DNA from: a virus
Direction: 5' to 3' (one strand)
Length of the DNA stretch: 64,000 bases
IMG/VR virus record: IMGVR_UViG_3300040816_000831
Made by a program: the position numbers and the translations under genes. The notes below the pieces were generated by a model, which was given only the letters and a program-made list of their open reading frames with translations, did not search any database and had not been told where the DNA came from. Shown here in pieces: positions 15,540 through 25,556 of the stretch (position 1 is its first letter; each line of letters starts with the position of its first letter).

Positions 15540-16556
15540 TTATATCTCCTCGAGTCTTTTCATTAGCCTCTCGGCTCTGTTTGTTACTTGCTTGTACCAT
15601 CTTGAATCTCTGCCCTCTTTTGCAGCTTCTTTCCAATCACCACATTGCAGCGCTGCATTGTGTTTATTAAATTTACTTAAGCGCGTAAGTCCCATATTAA
15701 ACATCATATTTGCTACGATTTGTTTTACCTCTTCAGGATAACCGTCCCAACCATCATGTAATTTTTTACAATCATGTATTACATTTTGTAAATCTTGTAA
15801 AAAACATTCGTTAACTCTATTCTCTGAGACTGTAGTACCCACCGGTAACCCATGTTCTGAGTCTGTGTCCAAGATGAGATGGCCAATACCGAATGTAGGA
15901 TAACCAAGATGGTCATTATAAATTTCATATACCACTCCTTCATCTATTTTTAACTGTTCTTTTAATTTATCTGAATCCATATTTTCTTTCCTCATTTCTT
16001 GCAAAAATTCTTTTTGCATATTATCTCTGGTAATAATATCTTTATCCTTACCTGGTATATTATATATATCCGGATTTTTTATATTAAATACTAATTTTAT
16101 AAAATCTTTTATTTCTATTGGATAGTGTAAATTTAATTTACCATATCTCCATTTATATTTATTATTAACACCTAGTAATTTAAATTCCCAAAAATAATCA
16201 TTTATTTTACGAGGTCTTTCTCTATAAATTCTATTAGATGGATTCTGTTCAAGTTTATATTTTTCAATATTACTTAAATTCATATCACCAGTTCTATTAT
16301 ATTCTTCTATTCCAGCAAATACTTTTGTATCTTTAAAAACTTGTATATCAATAGTCATACATTTTCCTACACAATATTCTTTAAAGTCTTTAACTCTTTT
16401 GCCTAAGCTATTTGTAGGTTCACCAATTAAAATAATATCAATATCTTTTGTTGCGTTAAATGGAAAATTGCTCCATAAATATATCTCGCAATCATTAAAT
16501 ACTTCTATTAAATTATAGTCTTTGACACATTGTATAAAGTTATCAATTTTTCCCAT
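15540..16556 (-). CDS. T4-type lysozyme (GH24) with N-terminal nucleotidyltransferase-like extension; lysozyme alone may start at 15980
   Basis: LKIDEG...IYNDHLGYPTFGIGHL, NMMFNMG, DSRWYKQVTNRA; N-terminal KDIDIIL...DIQV. Confidence 0.85.
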   Translation of the reverse strand: MGKIDNFIQCVKDYNLIEVFNDCEIYLWSNFPFNATKDIDIILIGEPTNSLGKRVKDFKEYCVGKCMTIDIQVFKDTKVFAGIEEYNRTGDMNLSNIEKYKLEQNPSNRIYRERPRKINDYFWEFKLLGVNNKYKWRYGKLNLHYPIEIKDFIKLVFNIKNPDIYNIPGKDKDIITRDNMQKEFLQEMRKENMDSDKLKEQLKIDEGVVYEIYNDHLGYPTFGIGHLILDTDSEHGLPVGTTVSENRVNECFLQDLQNVIHDCKKLHDGWDGYPEEVKQIVANMMFNMGLTRLSKFNKHNAALQCGDWKEAAKEGRDSRWYKQVTNRAERLMKRLEEI

Positions 16557-16559
16557 ACA

Positions 16560-17462
16560 TTATGTTGTAGCAGCTCTAAAGGTATCTGCAACTAGTACTT
16601 CACCGGTAGCTCCTACTTTATTATATATCGTTAAAACTTCTGTGCCATTTGCTCTTATTTGCCAATAGATGCTTGCATTTGATTGCTGAGCTCCTATACG
16701 TGCATTTGAATAGTAATTTGTCACACTTCCAACATCTTCTGTTGTAGCAAACATTCCAATAGAACAACTACCAGTAGTATTTCTCATTGTTTTATACCCA
16801 TAAGTTCCTGATAATGGCAATCGTACATAACCACCATCAGTTCCGGAAAGTTTTGTTTTAGATACTCCTGAAAGTGCAGAATCTCCATTACTATATATGG
16901 ATGAACCGTCCATAGCTCCGAAAGAATTGTGTGCTGCCCAAGACCTACCAGCAAATGATGAACTTGTAAAACCACTGCCACCACCACTATAAGCATGAGC
17001 TAAATTTGTATATACCATTCTTGCTTCTAAGGATGTTATTGTACCATTATAACTTATAGTATTTTCATTTGTTGTAAGTGTAATATCATTACTGTTACCT
17101 TCATCATCAAAACTTCTATCTGCATCATTTACAAATTTCCATTTTAAAGTTTTAGCTGATGTATCTAGAGTCATAACTAATACAGTACATGCTGTAACAT
17201 CACTTCCAGAATCATCTTGTGCGGATATATCCATAATGTTAGTTTCATTTGTAGTAATACTGCCTGGTGCAGATGGAGGCCAAAAACTGTCTATATAGCC
17301 ACGAAACTCACCCATTCCATGAGGAGCAGTACCGTCAACAGTAGATGTTCCACCTCCTGGAATTGCATTAGTTGAGAGCGTGGTAAGGGAATGACTATTA
17401 ACACTAGCAACTTCTGTATTAATAGCTGCCATGCTTACATTTGTTTGTGGTATTTGAGGCAT
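16560..17462 (-). CDS. Probable virion structural/fibre-like protein
   Basis: G/S/T-rich, beta-rich composition; N-terminal SM..IN.E...M.EFRGY module. Confidence 0.5.
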   Translation of the reverse strand: MPQIPQTNVSMAAINTEVASVNSHSLTTLSTNAIPGGGTSTVDGTAPHGMGEFRGYIDSFWPPSAPGSITTNETNIMDISAQDDSGSDVTACTVLVMTLDTSAKTLKWKFVNDADRSFDDEGNSNDITLTTNENTISYNGTITSLEARMVYTNLAHAYSGGGSGFTSSSFAGRSWAAHNSFGAMDGSSIYSNGDSALSGVSKTKLSGTDGGYVRLPLSGTYGYKTMRNTTGSCSIGMFATTEDVGSVTNYYSNARIGAQQSNASIYWQIRANGTEVLTIYNKVGATGEVLVADTFRAATT

Positions 17463-17728
17463 TATTTAACTATTCCTGATATTAAATCTTCAAAGGCTTC
17501 TACTTTTTCTGTCCTATTTGGCCAGTAAATATAATCCTTTTCTGGGTTTGCTTTTAAATTTGATAAGAGAGGCAATATAGCATTATAGAGCTTATTAAGT
17601 TTTTCTTCATTTATTTCTGCAGATGCTGCAACTGTTGAAGCTTCTGTTGATAATTTCTGTACAGCTTCTAATTCGTTTTCATCAACAGCTGTAAATCCAA
17701 AATCGAATTTATCGATATCTATGCTCAT
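17462..17728 (-). CDS. Conserved phage hypothetical protein
   Basis: FDFGFTAVDE and NPEKDYIYWPNR motifs. Confidence 0.7.
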   Translation of the reverse strand: MSIDIDKFDFGFTAVDENELEAVQKLSTEASTVAASAEINEEKLNKLYNAILPLLSNLKANPEKDYIYWPNRTEKVEAFEDLISGIVK

Positions 17729-17931
17729 AGTTGTTCCTCTATATTATTATATTTATAATCTCTAGGTAGCTCTTTAGTTTTATCTTTATGTATTTGTGTA
17801 CTACCATGACTAGGAGTTTTCTTTCTTACTTTTGATTTACCAAATATCTTTTCCCAATTGTCAGCATACAGTTCTTCGTTTGAGTTTCTTCTTTTAGAAC
17901 CTTTTCCGCCATGCCATTGTTTATTATCCAT
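17725..17931 (-). CDS. Hypothetical protein
   Basis: WHGGKGS...Y..NW..IF motif. Confidence 0.6.
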   Translation of the reverse strand: MDNKQWHGGKGSKRRNSNEELYADNWEKIFGKSKVRKKTPSHGSTQIHKDKTKELPRDYKYNNIEEQL

Positions 17932-18059
17932 AATAAAAATATAATGCTCCAATTATTAATACAATCGCTAAAACAGTACTTATAATTCTTTTTCTAAATA
18001 AGCTTTTTTGTTTCTTTCTCCATGCATCTAAATTAAGGACTTCCTTAATTCGCTGTAAA

Positions 18060-18254
18060 TTATTCGAAGACAACTCCACCTCTCCTCACTAATTCATTTT
18101 TAATTTTTTGTTTATCCTTTGGTTTAGTATTTGACGCATTATATTTTTCAATTAAATCCGTTTTACTAAATCCTTTAATATAAGGATGAACTGTTGTAGC
18201 TTTTTTAGTAGCTCTATCTATTGTCGTATGCGACTTTCCTAATTTTATTGGCAT
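18060..18254 (-). CDS. Hypothetical basic protein
   Basis: AGGAG SD. Confidence 0.6.
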   Translation of the reverse strand: MPIKLGKSHTTIDRATKKATTVHPYIKGFSKTDLIEKYNASNTKPKDKQKIKNELVRRGGVVFE

Positions 18255-18263
18255 AATATACTC

Positions 18264-18869
18264 CTATTTTATTCTTTTAACGCTTCCTTTTAAGTTAGCA
18301 AGATACGCAAACATATCTACTTCAGGAAACTCTCTTTTCAAATCAAGTAAAGCTTTTAAATTTTCTTTGTGGTCATCAAAGAGTCTTATTCTACTGTACT
18401 CTCCCGTTTTTAAATACTTTCTAAATATAACTTTTTTATTTTCAGCACTTGAGCCGCTCATATTACCAGCTCTTTCGATGTATACATCTTTCATTGGTAT
18501 ACCATGAGATTCGAATGTCTTAACAAAAAGCTTTTTATCGTCCATGTTAGCTCTTGCTGTGACGATAATAACCTTTGAACCTTTAGCAGTCGCATTACGT
18601 ATAATTGCCTTTGCTTTTTCTACCATTCGACCTATAGGAGTAGCAGTTTGATAAAACAGCTTTGCTGATTTAAACTCTCCATAGTCATACTCTTCATGCT
18701 TTCTTAGTTTATAACTATTAAACTCCATAGGAGTCAAAGCTTTTGTTTTTCCAGTATTTGTATTTACTACGATTACACGAGCCTTTGACACAAATAAAGT
18801 GTCATCTATATCAAATATAGTCAATCCTTTACCTGCTTTTTCTGCTAAAAACTCGTTAAACTTTTTCAT
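18264..18869 (-). CDS. HAD-superfamily hydrolase with capsid-targeting-like N-terminus
   Basis: MKKFNEFLAE; FDIDDTL, VTAR, LFDD. Confidence 0.8.
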   Translation of the reverse strand: MKKFNEFLAEKAGKGLTIFDIDDTLFVSKARVIVVNTNTGKTKALTPMEFNSYKLRKHEEYDYGEFKSAKLFYQTATPIGRMVEKAKAIIRNATAKGSKVIIVTARANMDDKKLFVKTFESHGIPMKDVYIERAGNMSGSSAENKKVIFRKYLKTGEYSRIRLFDDHKENLKALLDLKREFPEVDMFAYLANLKGSVKRIK

Positions 18870-18875
18870 AGATAT

Positions 18876-18916
18876 ATTATACCACACTTTTTATTAAATG
18901 TAAATATCTATTTATA
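18876..18916 (-). promoter_or_regulatory. Tandem late (TATAAATA 18909-18916) and sigma70-like (18876-18904) promoters
   Basis: Both consensus motifs in one intergenic gap. Confidence 0.7.
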
Positions 18917-18922
18917 AGATTT

Positions 18923-19120
18923 TTACTTGCAGTAAGTCTTTATTGCCTCAATTTTATCATGTGCGTCAGCTATCTTTTCAACTTCTTTTTCAATAGTTTC
19001 TACTATATCGATATGTTCACCAATACCTACTGGATTCCGTTGATAGACTAATATATTAGCATGTGCTACTACAATCTCGCCTTCTAGCTTTTTAATTAAA
19101 GCTTCTAATAGATAATTCAT
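18923..19120 (-). CDS. Conserved phage hypothetical protein
   Basis: NPVGIGEH motif. Confidence 0.7.
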   Translation of the reverse strand: MNYLLEALIKKLEGEIVVAHANILVYQRNPVGIGEHIDIVETIEKEVEKIADAHDKIEAIKTYCK

Positions 19121-19121
19121 T

Positions 19122-19796
19122 TTATCTCCCAAATAATTTTCTTCTTTTATATTCTGCTATTGTTTCCAATAACTTTTTCGTCCATCTATCTCTGTCTTCT
19201 ATAAAGACTTGTGGTCCTTCATCTCCAGCAATACAAACAACTAATTGTTTTATAGGTACACCAGTTCTTTCTTCCCACATAATAGCATAAGCTGAACATT
19301 GCATAAAGTATGAACTAATCCATTCTTTCTTTTTTAGCTTACGCGATGTTTTCCAATCTATAATTGAATCAACACCTTTCCATTGACCAACTAAATCTAC
19401 TCTTCCAGCTAAACCTAAGTGTTTAGAAAAAAGAGGAGCTTCTTGTTGATAAACCTTTGTAACACATTCATCTAAAACAGGTTGTATGTCTTTAAATGTT
19501 TGTACGTTATGTGGCATTTCTCCTTTAAGATATTCAGGGTCATTTGCTACATACTTTTCTATAATGTTATGTACTGTTGTTCCACGACTACTTGCGATAC
19601 GCGATACTCTATTTGCTTCCTCTTCGCCTACGCGTGCACGCCACGCTTGTATTGCTTCTTCTGAGAGTATTGATAATACTGTCGTAACTGATGCGTATTT
19701 ATTTCCTTCTGGGTCAGTATAAAATCTTCCTTTATCTCCCGTGACAGCTTCTAGGTCATTATAACCTAAATCAACTGCTTCATGTTTAAACTTCAT
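19122..19796 (-). CDS. PD-(D/E)xK (Cas4-like) exonuclease
   Basis: SVTTVL, RGT.VH, AGRVD, IIDWKTS, YFMQ..AY. Confidence 0.88.
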   Translation of the reverse strand: MKFKHEAVDLGYNDLEAVTGDKGRFYTDPEGNKYASVTTVLSILSEEAIQAWRARVGEEEANRVSRIASSRGTTVHNIIEKYVANDPEYLKGEMPHNVQTFKDIQPVLDECVTKVYQQEAPLFSKHLGLAGRVDLVGQWKGVDSIIDWKTSRKLKKKEWISSYFMQCSAYAIMWEERTGVPIKQLVVCIAGDEGPQVFIEDRDRWTKKLLETIAEYKRRKLFGR

Positions 19797-20038
19797 TTTG
19801 ATTTAATATTGCTCCTATCTTTTGGTGGCATACCAGACTTAATTCTATCTTGTACTTCTTTCCAACCACTACCAGCTCTTGTAAGTACTGATTTACCCCC
19901 ATCGTGGTCTATATTTAAAGTGGTGTAATGTGATACCACATCAGGGTTTTGTTCTAGAAATTTTACTTTATTATCATACGAAAAGAATTTTTCAAACACT
20001 TCTCCAGTTTTTTTATTTCTAAATTCATATGTTGGCAT
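19793..20038 (-). CDS. FmdB-like small protein (Cys-less)
   Basis: MPTYEF start motif. Confidence 0.6.
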   Translation of the reverse strand: MPTYEFRNKKTGEVFEKFFSYDNKVKFLEQNPDVVSHYTTLNIDHDGGKSVLTRAGSGWKEVQDRIKSGMPPKDRSNIKSK

Positions 20039-20949
20039 TATACTAACTCCTCTAATCGTTTCATTGTTGATGGTATATCATAACACAAATAATCATTAAC
20101 GTACCATATTAAAAATTGTCTACTTAATTTTTTATTAAACCAATTCATATTATCTATACATTCATTTAATTGAGTTAAGATTCTTAAATCTTTTGTTATC
20201 CAATGATAATCAGGATAACCATAAGAAATTATTGGTACATCATGCATCATACATTCAATACCTGATGTACTATTTTCTATTATTGCTACCTTTGTTTTAG
20301 GTAATATAGCATGTATTGATTCGAATTTAGAGAACACTTGATGACCAGCCTTTTGCCATTTTTCTATTTGGTCATTTAAATTAGGTACGACATGAGATGC
20401 TTTTCTAATTCTTGGATGTAATTTAATAACTAAATTATCTCTATCATTTAACTTTTCAACTACTTGACATAGCTTATCCCAATGATTACCAAATCCAAAT
20501 CCTTTTACTGTTTCATCTTCTGGCATTTGACCTAGGATTAATATGTGGTCTTTTTTAATATTAAAAGGTTCAGTCCATTTAAAGAGACCAGCATTATCCC
20601 ATTTGTTTGCTCTTCTCTCTATCATATCTTGTACATCATTCCATTCGCTATCTTGCACTTTTCTAAATTCATATTCAACTGGTTCTTCAAATGTAATACG
20701 AGAACTATTAGCATATCCTAAATCACATATTTGAAAGTGTTGACTTGTTGGAGCTGTAGGTTTAAATATAATAGAATTTTCTGGCATATCAGGTTCAGTA
20801 TCTCGAGAGGTATGATTATAGATATGTAAGTCGGGATTATCTTCTACTTTTTTATGACCTAACATATCCATCGCATGCTCTATACAATTAGCTGCATAAG
20901 CAAATTGACCTTTAAAGGTATACCTATGTTCGTATAATTTATATCGCAT
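20038..20949 (-). CDS. Capsule polysaccharide synthesis (KpsC/KpsS-like) glycosyltransferase-fold protein
   Basis: GQMPED, IKLHP, NSTSGIE...VPIISYG motifs. Confidence 0.65.
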   Translation of the reverse strand: MRYKLYEHRYTFKGQFAYAANCIEHAMDMLGHKKVEDNPDLHIYNHTSRDTEPDMPENSIIFKPTAPTSQHFQICDLGYANSSRITFEEPVEYEFRKVQDSEWNDVQDMIERRANKWDNAGLFKWTEPFNIKKDHILILGQMPEDETVKGFGFGNHWDKLCQVVEKLNDRDNLVIKLHPRIRKASHVVPNLNDQIEKWQKAGHQVFSKFESIHAILPKTKVAIIENSTSGIECMMHDVPIISYGYPDYHWITKDLRILTQLNECIDNMNWFNKKLSRQFLIWYVNDYLCYDIPSTMKRLEELV

Positions 20950-21487
20950 TAAACCAACTTGGTATAGGCCTTTTAGTCCATACCATACTGAATTTTTCTT
21001 GTTTAGTATGATAGAAAGCTCTGTAAGATTTAACTGCATCTTCAAACATACATTCAGGATTAGAACCCATTGCAAGTTTGAATGGAGTCATATGTTTTAC
21101 TGGTATATTTGTAGGTACTTGTTTTAACTCTTTTCTTAGTTTAGTATCTGTTGAATGTATTTTACCATAACGAAATGTATATTCGTCGCATAGCGCAATG
21201 AAATGTTCATAGTGCCATTGATAATTAGCTTTTGATTCTCTTGTCCATACTGTTGATGGATGATTGAAATGACATGCTTTGTATAGTATATCTTCACGGT
21301 CATCATAAAGCTTCCAGTATTGAAGCATTGCGCCAGACTTAGATGGTCTACGTTCCATAGTACCATCAAGCATACGATGAACTGTTGATAGCATTTGTGC
21401 TGATTCAACAATCATTTTAACTACATGTTTATCGCATTGCTCTTGAGCTGCAAGTACTGGGTCATTGTTGAGTATAAAAATGTTCAT
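20939..21487 (-). CDS. Pyrimidine dimer DNA glycosylase-like protein
   Basis: MNIF.L, CDKHVVKM..E.AQML, H.NHP...W, EY..RYGK.H. Confidence 0.8.
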   Translation of the reverse strand: MNIFILNNDPVLAAQEQCDKHVVKMIVESAQMLSTVHRMLDGTMERRPSKSGAMLQYWKLYDDREDILYKACHFNHPSTVWTRESKANYQWHYEHFIALCDEYTFRYGKIHSTDTKLRKELKQVPTNIPVKHMTPFKLAMGSNPECMFEDAVKSYRAFYHTKQEKFSMVWTKRPIPSWFNAI

Positions 21488-21494
21488 AATATAT

Positions 21495-21523
21495 ATTATA
21501 CCACAAAACGTGGTAAATGTAAA
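21495..21523 (-). promoter_or_regulatory. Sigma70-like phage promoter
   Basis: TTTACA-N17-TATAAT. Confidence 0.75.
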
Positions 21524-21526
21524 GGA

Positions 21527-21955
21527 TTATTTTAATAATAGTCCAGGGAAAGTATCATTAACTAATTTTTTAGTTATACCTTTTACTTTCATTTTTTTAT
21601 CTTTAGCCGCTATAAGTAATTCTGCTTCTTCTTCATTAAGTGATTCAAGTAAATTTAAAAACAATCCTTCTCTCTTAAGAGGTTTCATATTATTTGCTAT
21701 AGGACCTTTAAAGAAATACTTAAATTGATTATATGCTTTATTTAGTATAGTATATTCATATCCTTTAGGCGCATCATCTTTTTTATAAGACGGAGCTCCT
21801 GTTGGTAATAAAGATATTACACTATCATCATAGTTTATTCTAAGTATGTCAGTAAGACCTGGTGATTTATTAAGCTGTAAGAACTTTATTCGTTCATCAC
21901 GCTTTACGATTTTGCCTGCTTCTGCTAGGACTTCCGATATTAATTTTCTAGCCAT
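21527..21955 (-). CDS. Conserved T4-like hypothetical protein
   Basis: LP.G.P.Y, KRE..F..LLE.L...EA pattern; follows rnh. Confidence 0.7.
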   Translation of the reverse strand: MARKLISEVLAEAGKIVKRDERIKFLQLNKSPGLTDILRINYDDSVISLLPTGAPSYKKDDAPKGYEYTILNKAYNQFKYFFKGPIANNMKPLKREGLFLNLLESLNEEEAELLIAAKDKKMKVKGITKKLVNDTFPGLLLK

Positions 21956-22802
21956 TGTAAAATTCCTCCACGACCTCAATCAAATGATTGCATCTTTTTT
22001 TAATTAAATAGTTCAACACTCTCATGTTAGGCGTTTTTGTTTGCCCGTTAAAAGTATTTATAATGTTTTCTTGTATGTCTTCTGGTATATCAGTTAAATC
22101 GATAAGCTTTTTATTACGTTGATAGTTGCGATATATCTCATCATCCATGTGTTCTCTTAGACTATCAGCATTTTCTAACCAATTATCTATCTTTGTTTGT
22201 CTTAAAGGAGTTTGGCTTTTTTCAGATATAAATGTATCATCAGCTGAAAGAACGTTTGGTATACCATCACCACTATCTCCTCTCATTACATGATTAAACA
22301 AATAAGTTCTTGGATTTTTATCAGTGACAAATTTCTTTTGTATAGGACTATATTGTTTTACATTGTTAAACTTTTGTAGTTGTATAAAGTCTTTATCGGA
22401 TGATATAATCATTACTGGTTCAGCTTGGCCAAACTCTTGTGTTTGCATTGTAAGTGTACCAATAACATCATCAGCTTCTACGCCTTCTAAGTGTACAACT
22501 TTGTATGGCATATATTCATTTATTTCATCTCTTACTGTATGTAGAATCCTAAAGATTTCTGACCAATCTTGTCCTGAACTATCTCTGTTCTTTTTACGAG
22601 ATGCTTTATATTCTGGAAAGAATTCTTTTCTCCATGTATTCATACCATCAGCACATATAACAAGTTGTCCATATTCTTCTCTATATCTCTTGTTATACAT
22701 TCGAATACTGTTAAGTATCATATGCCTTATCATGCTTTCATCATTTAGTTTTTGCACTATTATGTTAGATAGTGCGATTTGCGAATAATCAATTAGTATC
22801 AT
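21948..22802 (-). CDS. rnh: RNase H / 5'-3' flap exonuclease
   Basis: MILID, WRK..FP.YKA.R, EADD, SSDKDF.QL, GD..DGIPN. Confidence 0.93.
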   Translation of the reverse strand: MILIDYSQIALSNIIVQKLNDESMIRHMILNSIRMYNKRYREEYGQLVICADGMNTWRKEFFPEYKASRKKNRDSSGQDWSEIFRILHTVRDEINEYMPYKVVHLEGVEADDVIGTLTMQTQEFGQAEPVMIISSDKDFIQLQKFNNVKQYSPIQKKFVTDKNPRTYLFNHVMRGDSGDGIPNVLSADDTFISEKSQTPLRQTKIDNWLENADSLREHMDDEIYRNYQRNKKLIDLTDIPEDIQENIINTFNGQTKTPNMRVLNYLIKKRCNHLIEVVEEFYNG

Positions 22803-23250
22803 CTGGGTCCTCTTCCGGTGGGTCTAAATCAAAATCAGGAGTAAAGAGTATTTCTTGGTCACTACCTTCTGGTGTGAATACAAAATCAGCTAAATCATGA
22901 TTTGCTTCTTCATTTAAAAGAATCATTTCTTTTACTTTAATATAAGCATTATCGAGTGTTTGGTGTAATCCATGTGGAATGCCATAGTATCTATTAAACA
23001 TTGCATTTAACATATTAACTATAACAAACATATCTCTTGATTCTTGTACCGTTTCATCTCTAAAATTTAAGTCCATTAATCCTTCGCTTACTTGTCCTGA
23101 ATTAATAAACTCTTCCATTACTTCTAATAGAAAATGAGATGATTCGACACATTCGTTACTTAAATCGTCTAAAATTTCTGAATCTTCTTTTACTTGTATA
23201 TCTTCTTTCGTTGGAAATGGGATAATATTGTCTTTATATTTTTTCGTCAT
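22789..23250 (-). CDS. Hypothetical acidic protein
   Basis: NIIPFP motif; behind promoter. Confidence 0.65.
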   Translation of the reverse strand: MTKKYKDNIIPFPTKEDIQVKEDSEILDDLSNECVESSHFLLEVMEEFINSGQVSEGLMDLNFRDETVQESRDMFVIVNMLNAMFNRYYGIPHGLHQTLDNAYIKVKEMILLNEEANHDLADFVFTPEGSDQEILFTPDFDLDPPEEDPDDTN

Positions 23251-23257
23251 ATACTAT

Positions 23258-23286
23258 ATTATACCATACTTTTAAGCAAATGTAAA
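23258..23286 (-). promoter_or_regulatory. Sigma70-like phage promoter
   Basis: TTTACA-N17-TATAAT. Confidence 0.75.
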
Positions 23287-23289
23287 GGT

Positions 23290-23727
23290 TTATTTTAAGT
23301 TTTTTACTGCATTCCCACCAATTCTACAATTGATTATTCCATTATAATAGTCTTCAGTCATCAACACTTCTCTGTCAAACTGTTCCTTAGTTTCCATATA
23401 AGCGCATTCACCTTTTGATTTACATAAATGTAGTATTTCTCTATAGAAAAAGTCTTCACCCATACTTGCAACATCATCTTGTAGATGTTTATTAGAACCA
23501 TAATAGGTACGCCAATCTGATTCGACTTTAAGTCTTTGACGTCTTTTTCTTTTTTTAGTAATAGGTAACGTTTTAGGCTTCCAAAAGAATTTTTTGCCTA
23601 TATACTTTTTATTTGTTGCTCGATTAGTAATACAATAGACAAAGCCATACCAATCTTTACCGTATCTTTCGAAAGTAAAAGGTTCATCCGGATTAAATGC
23701 AACGCCTTGATATATCCATTTATTCAT
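23290..23727 (-). CDS. GIY-YIG endonuclease
   Basis: GFVY...KYIGKK, YYGS, E, YYN. Confidence 0.82.
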   Translation of the reverse strand: MNKWIYQGVAFNPDEPFTFERYGKDWYGFVYCITNRATNKKYIGKKFFWKPKTLPITKKRKRRQRLKVESDWRTYYGSNKHLQDDVASMGEDFFYREILHLCKSKGECAYMETKEQFDREVLMTEDYYNGIINCRIGGNAVKNLK

Positions 23728-23851
23728 TAAAGTCTAACTCTTCTGCATCATCATCAGTTGGTTCACCACAATGAGGACAAAAATTAATTTTTATTTCGTC
23801 ATCTGGTTTTATGATTATGCGTGAAAAACAATATTCGCACTCTAAAATCAT
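23720..23851 (-). CDS. Small zinc-ribbon protein (43 aa), not in ORF track
   Basis: MILECEYC...FCPHCGE; ATGA coupling with glutaredoxin. Confidence 0.7.
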   Translation of the reverse strand: MILECEYCFSRIIIKPDDEIKINFCPHCGEPTDDDAEELDFNE

Positions 23852-24075
23852 AACTCTAAATCAACTAATTCTTTTAGTTCTGTATATCCACCTATTTTAT
23901 TGCCATCAACTATAATCTGTGGGAATGTTCTTGCACCTGGAAATGTTTCTAGCATTTCATTTCTATCAAAATCTGTTCCAAGCTGTTTATATTCGTAATC
24001 TATACCTTTTTGCTCACACATATTTTTTGCCATATCGCAATAAGGACATTGTGTTTTTCCATATATTATAATCAT
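23848..24075 (-). CDS. nrdC: Glutaredoxin
   Basis: CPYC, TFPQI, IGGY; next to nrdAB. Confidence 0.92.
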   Translation of the reverse strand: MIIIYGKTQCPYCDMAKNMCEQKGIDYEYKQLGTDFDRNEMLETFPGARTFPQIIVDGNKIGGYTELKELVDLEL

Positions 24076-24272
24076 TTAAATATTACTCCTATTATTTTAA
24101 AGCATAATAACATAAATCCAAATACGCCTACTTGAACTACTGACATTATTGCTATTTGTTTCATTGGGTGAACGTCAACAATTTTCTCAATCCAAGATTC
24201 ATCAGGAGAGAGATTTACGATTTGTAATACTTTCTTTTCTGTTTCGGGTTTTGTGAACCAAGGTACAAACAT
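24072..24272 (-). CDS. Small membrane protein
   Basis: C-terminal TM; coupled both sides. Confidence 0.6.
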   Translation of the reverse strand: MFVPWFTKPETEKKVLQIVNLSPDESWIEKIVDVHPMKQIAIMSVVQVGVFGFMLLCFKIIGVIFK

Positions 24273-25345
24273 TATAAACTTAATCCTTTTAATGTAGAAC
24301 TATTGACGTCCTGTTTAACTCCACCAGTTATATATGAAGTTATTTCTGTTTCTTGTGGTGCAACTTGTACGTTACCTCCAGATATCCATTTCTCTGTCCA
24401 AGGTAATGGATTCATCTGAGGAACAGTATAAGGACATGGTAATCCAATTGCTCTCATTCTTTTACATCCAATCCACTCTACATAATTTTCTAATATAGTT
24501 TGATTAAGTCCTATCATTGAACCATCTTTAAATAAGTACCTTGCCCATTCTTTTTCTTGTTCTATAACATTTACAAAAAGCTGTACAGCTGCTTCTTCTT
24601 CTTTCTTTGCTATCTTTTGAAAATCTTTATCTTCTTTTAATAGATTTTTAATCATAACTGTAGTTGCTGCAAGATGAGTATTTTCATCTCTTGCTATAAA
24701 TTTAATAATCTTAGCATTACCTTCCATCTTTTTAAGTTCAGCAAATGCCCAACTGCAAGCAAAGGATACATAAAAACGTATTCCTTCAAGAGCATTCGCC
24801 GAAAGCATTGCCATATATAAAGATGTTTTGTGTTGCATTTTATTAGTAGCAGAATTGTTATCTGTTATTAAGTCATCGTATAGTCTTGCAATATCAGAAC
24901 CACAATCCATAATTTCTTTTATATCAAGCATGCTATCAAAAACAATAGAAGGGTCAGAATAGACATTGCGAATAATATGAGTATAACTACGGCTATGAAT
25001 AGTTTCAAAAAAGGACCAAGTCTCAATCCAGTTTTCAATTTCGGGTAACGAAGCAATAGGAAGGAAAGCAAGGTTTGGGGCCCGACCTTGTACAGAGTCC
25101 AAAAGTATTTGCCTTTTGAGATTAGATGTGAAAATATGTTGTTCATGGTCGGTTAAATCGTTAAAATCCTTTTTATCTTTGGATACGTCGACTTCTTCTG
25201 GTCTCCAGAAGAATCCTAATTGTTTATCGGTAATTTTTTCGATTTGTGGATATTTGACTTGGTCGTATCTTGCAATATCAACTCCTTCATCTAAAAACAT
25301 ATTTTTAATTAAGTGTGATTTTTTATTTTTTTGTAGTATTGCCAT
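24272..25345 (-). CDS. nrdB: Ribonucleotide reductase class Ia beta subunit
   Basis: FFWRPEE, LDSVQGR, ETIHSRSY, EGIRFYVSF, RDENTH, APQETE. Confidence 0.96.
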   Translation of the reverse strand: MAILQKNKKSHLIKNMFLDEGVDIARYDQVKYPQIEKITDKQLGFFWRPEEVDVSKDKKDFNDLTDHEQHIFTSNLKRQILLDSVQGRAPNLAFLPIASLPEIENWIETWSFFETIHSRSYTHIIRNVYSDPSIVFDSMLDIKEIMDCGSDIARLYDDLITDNNSATNKMQHKTSLYMAMLSANALEGIRFYVSFACSWAFAELKKMEGNAKIIKFIARDENTHLAATTVMIKNLLKEDKDFQKIAKKEEEAAVQLFVNVIEQEKEWARYLFKDGSMIGLNQTILENYVEWIGCKRMRAIGLPCPYTVPQMNPLPWTEKWISGGNVQVAPQETEITSYITGGVKQDVNSSTLKGLSL

Positions 25346-25556
25346 TAGGTTTCCATGATATTGTCGATTTTTCGGTTATTGCATCTTGTGCACATTGTAT
25401 ATATTCCTTGTCTTCTTCTGAAAGCACTGACCAAAATTTGCTTATAGTAAGTGTATGGTCATAAACTACTTGTGGTCTTTTTAAATGATAATCTTCTTCC
25501 ATCCAAGCTTGAAGAATATCCATTCTTTGATTTATTTTATTATTTAAATTTTGCAT
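25323..25556 (-). CDS. Hypothetical protein between nrdA and nrdB
   Basis: ORF overlapping both neighbours' ends. Confidence 0.6.
   Translation of the reverse strand: MQNLNNKINQRMDILQAWMEEDYHLKRPQVVYDHTLTISKFWSVLSEEDKEYIQCAQDAITEKSTISWKPNGNTTKK

Noticed and set aside
15454-15636. 60-aa ORF overlapping the lysozyme end
   Set aside because: Mostly overlapping, no clear start signal, contains the late promoter
19122-19796. Cas4-like nuclease as sign of a CRISPR system
   Set aside because: No array or other cas genes; this exonuclease is common in T4-like phages
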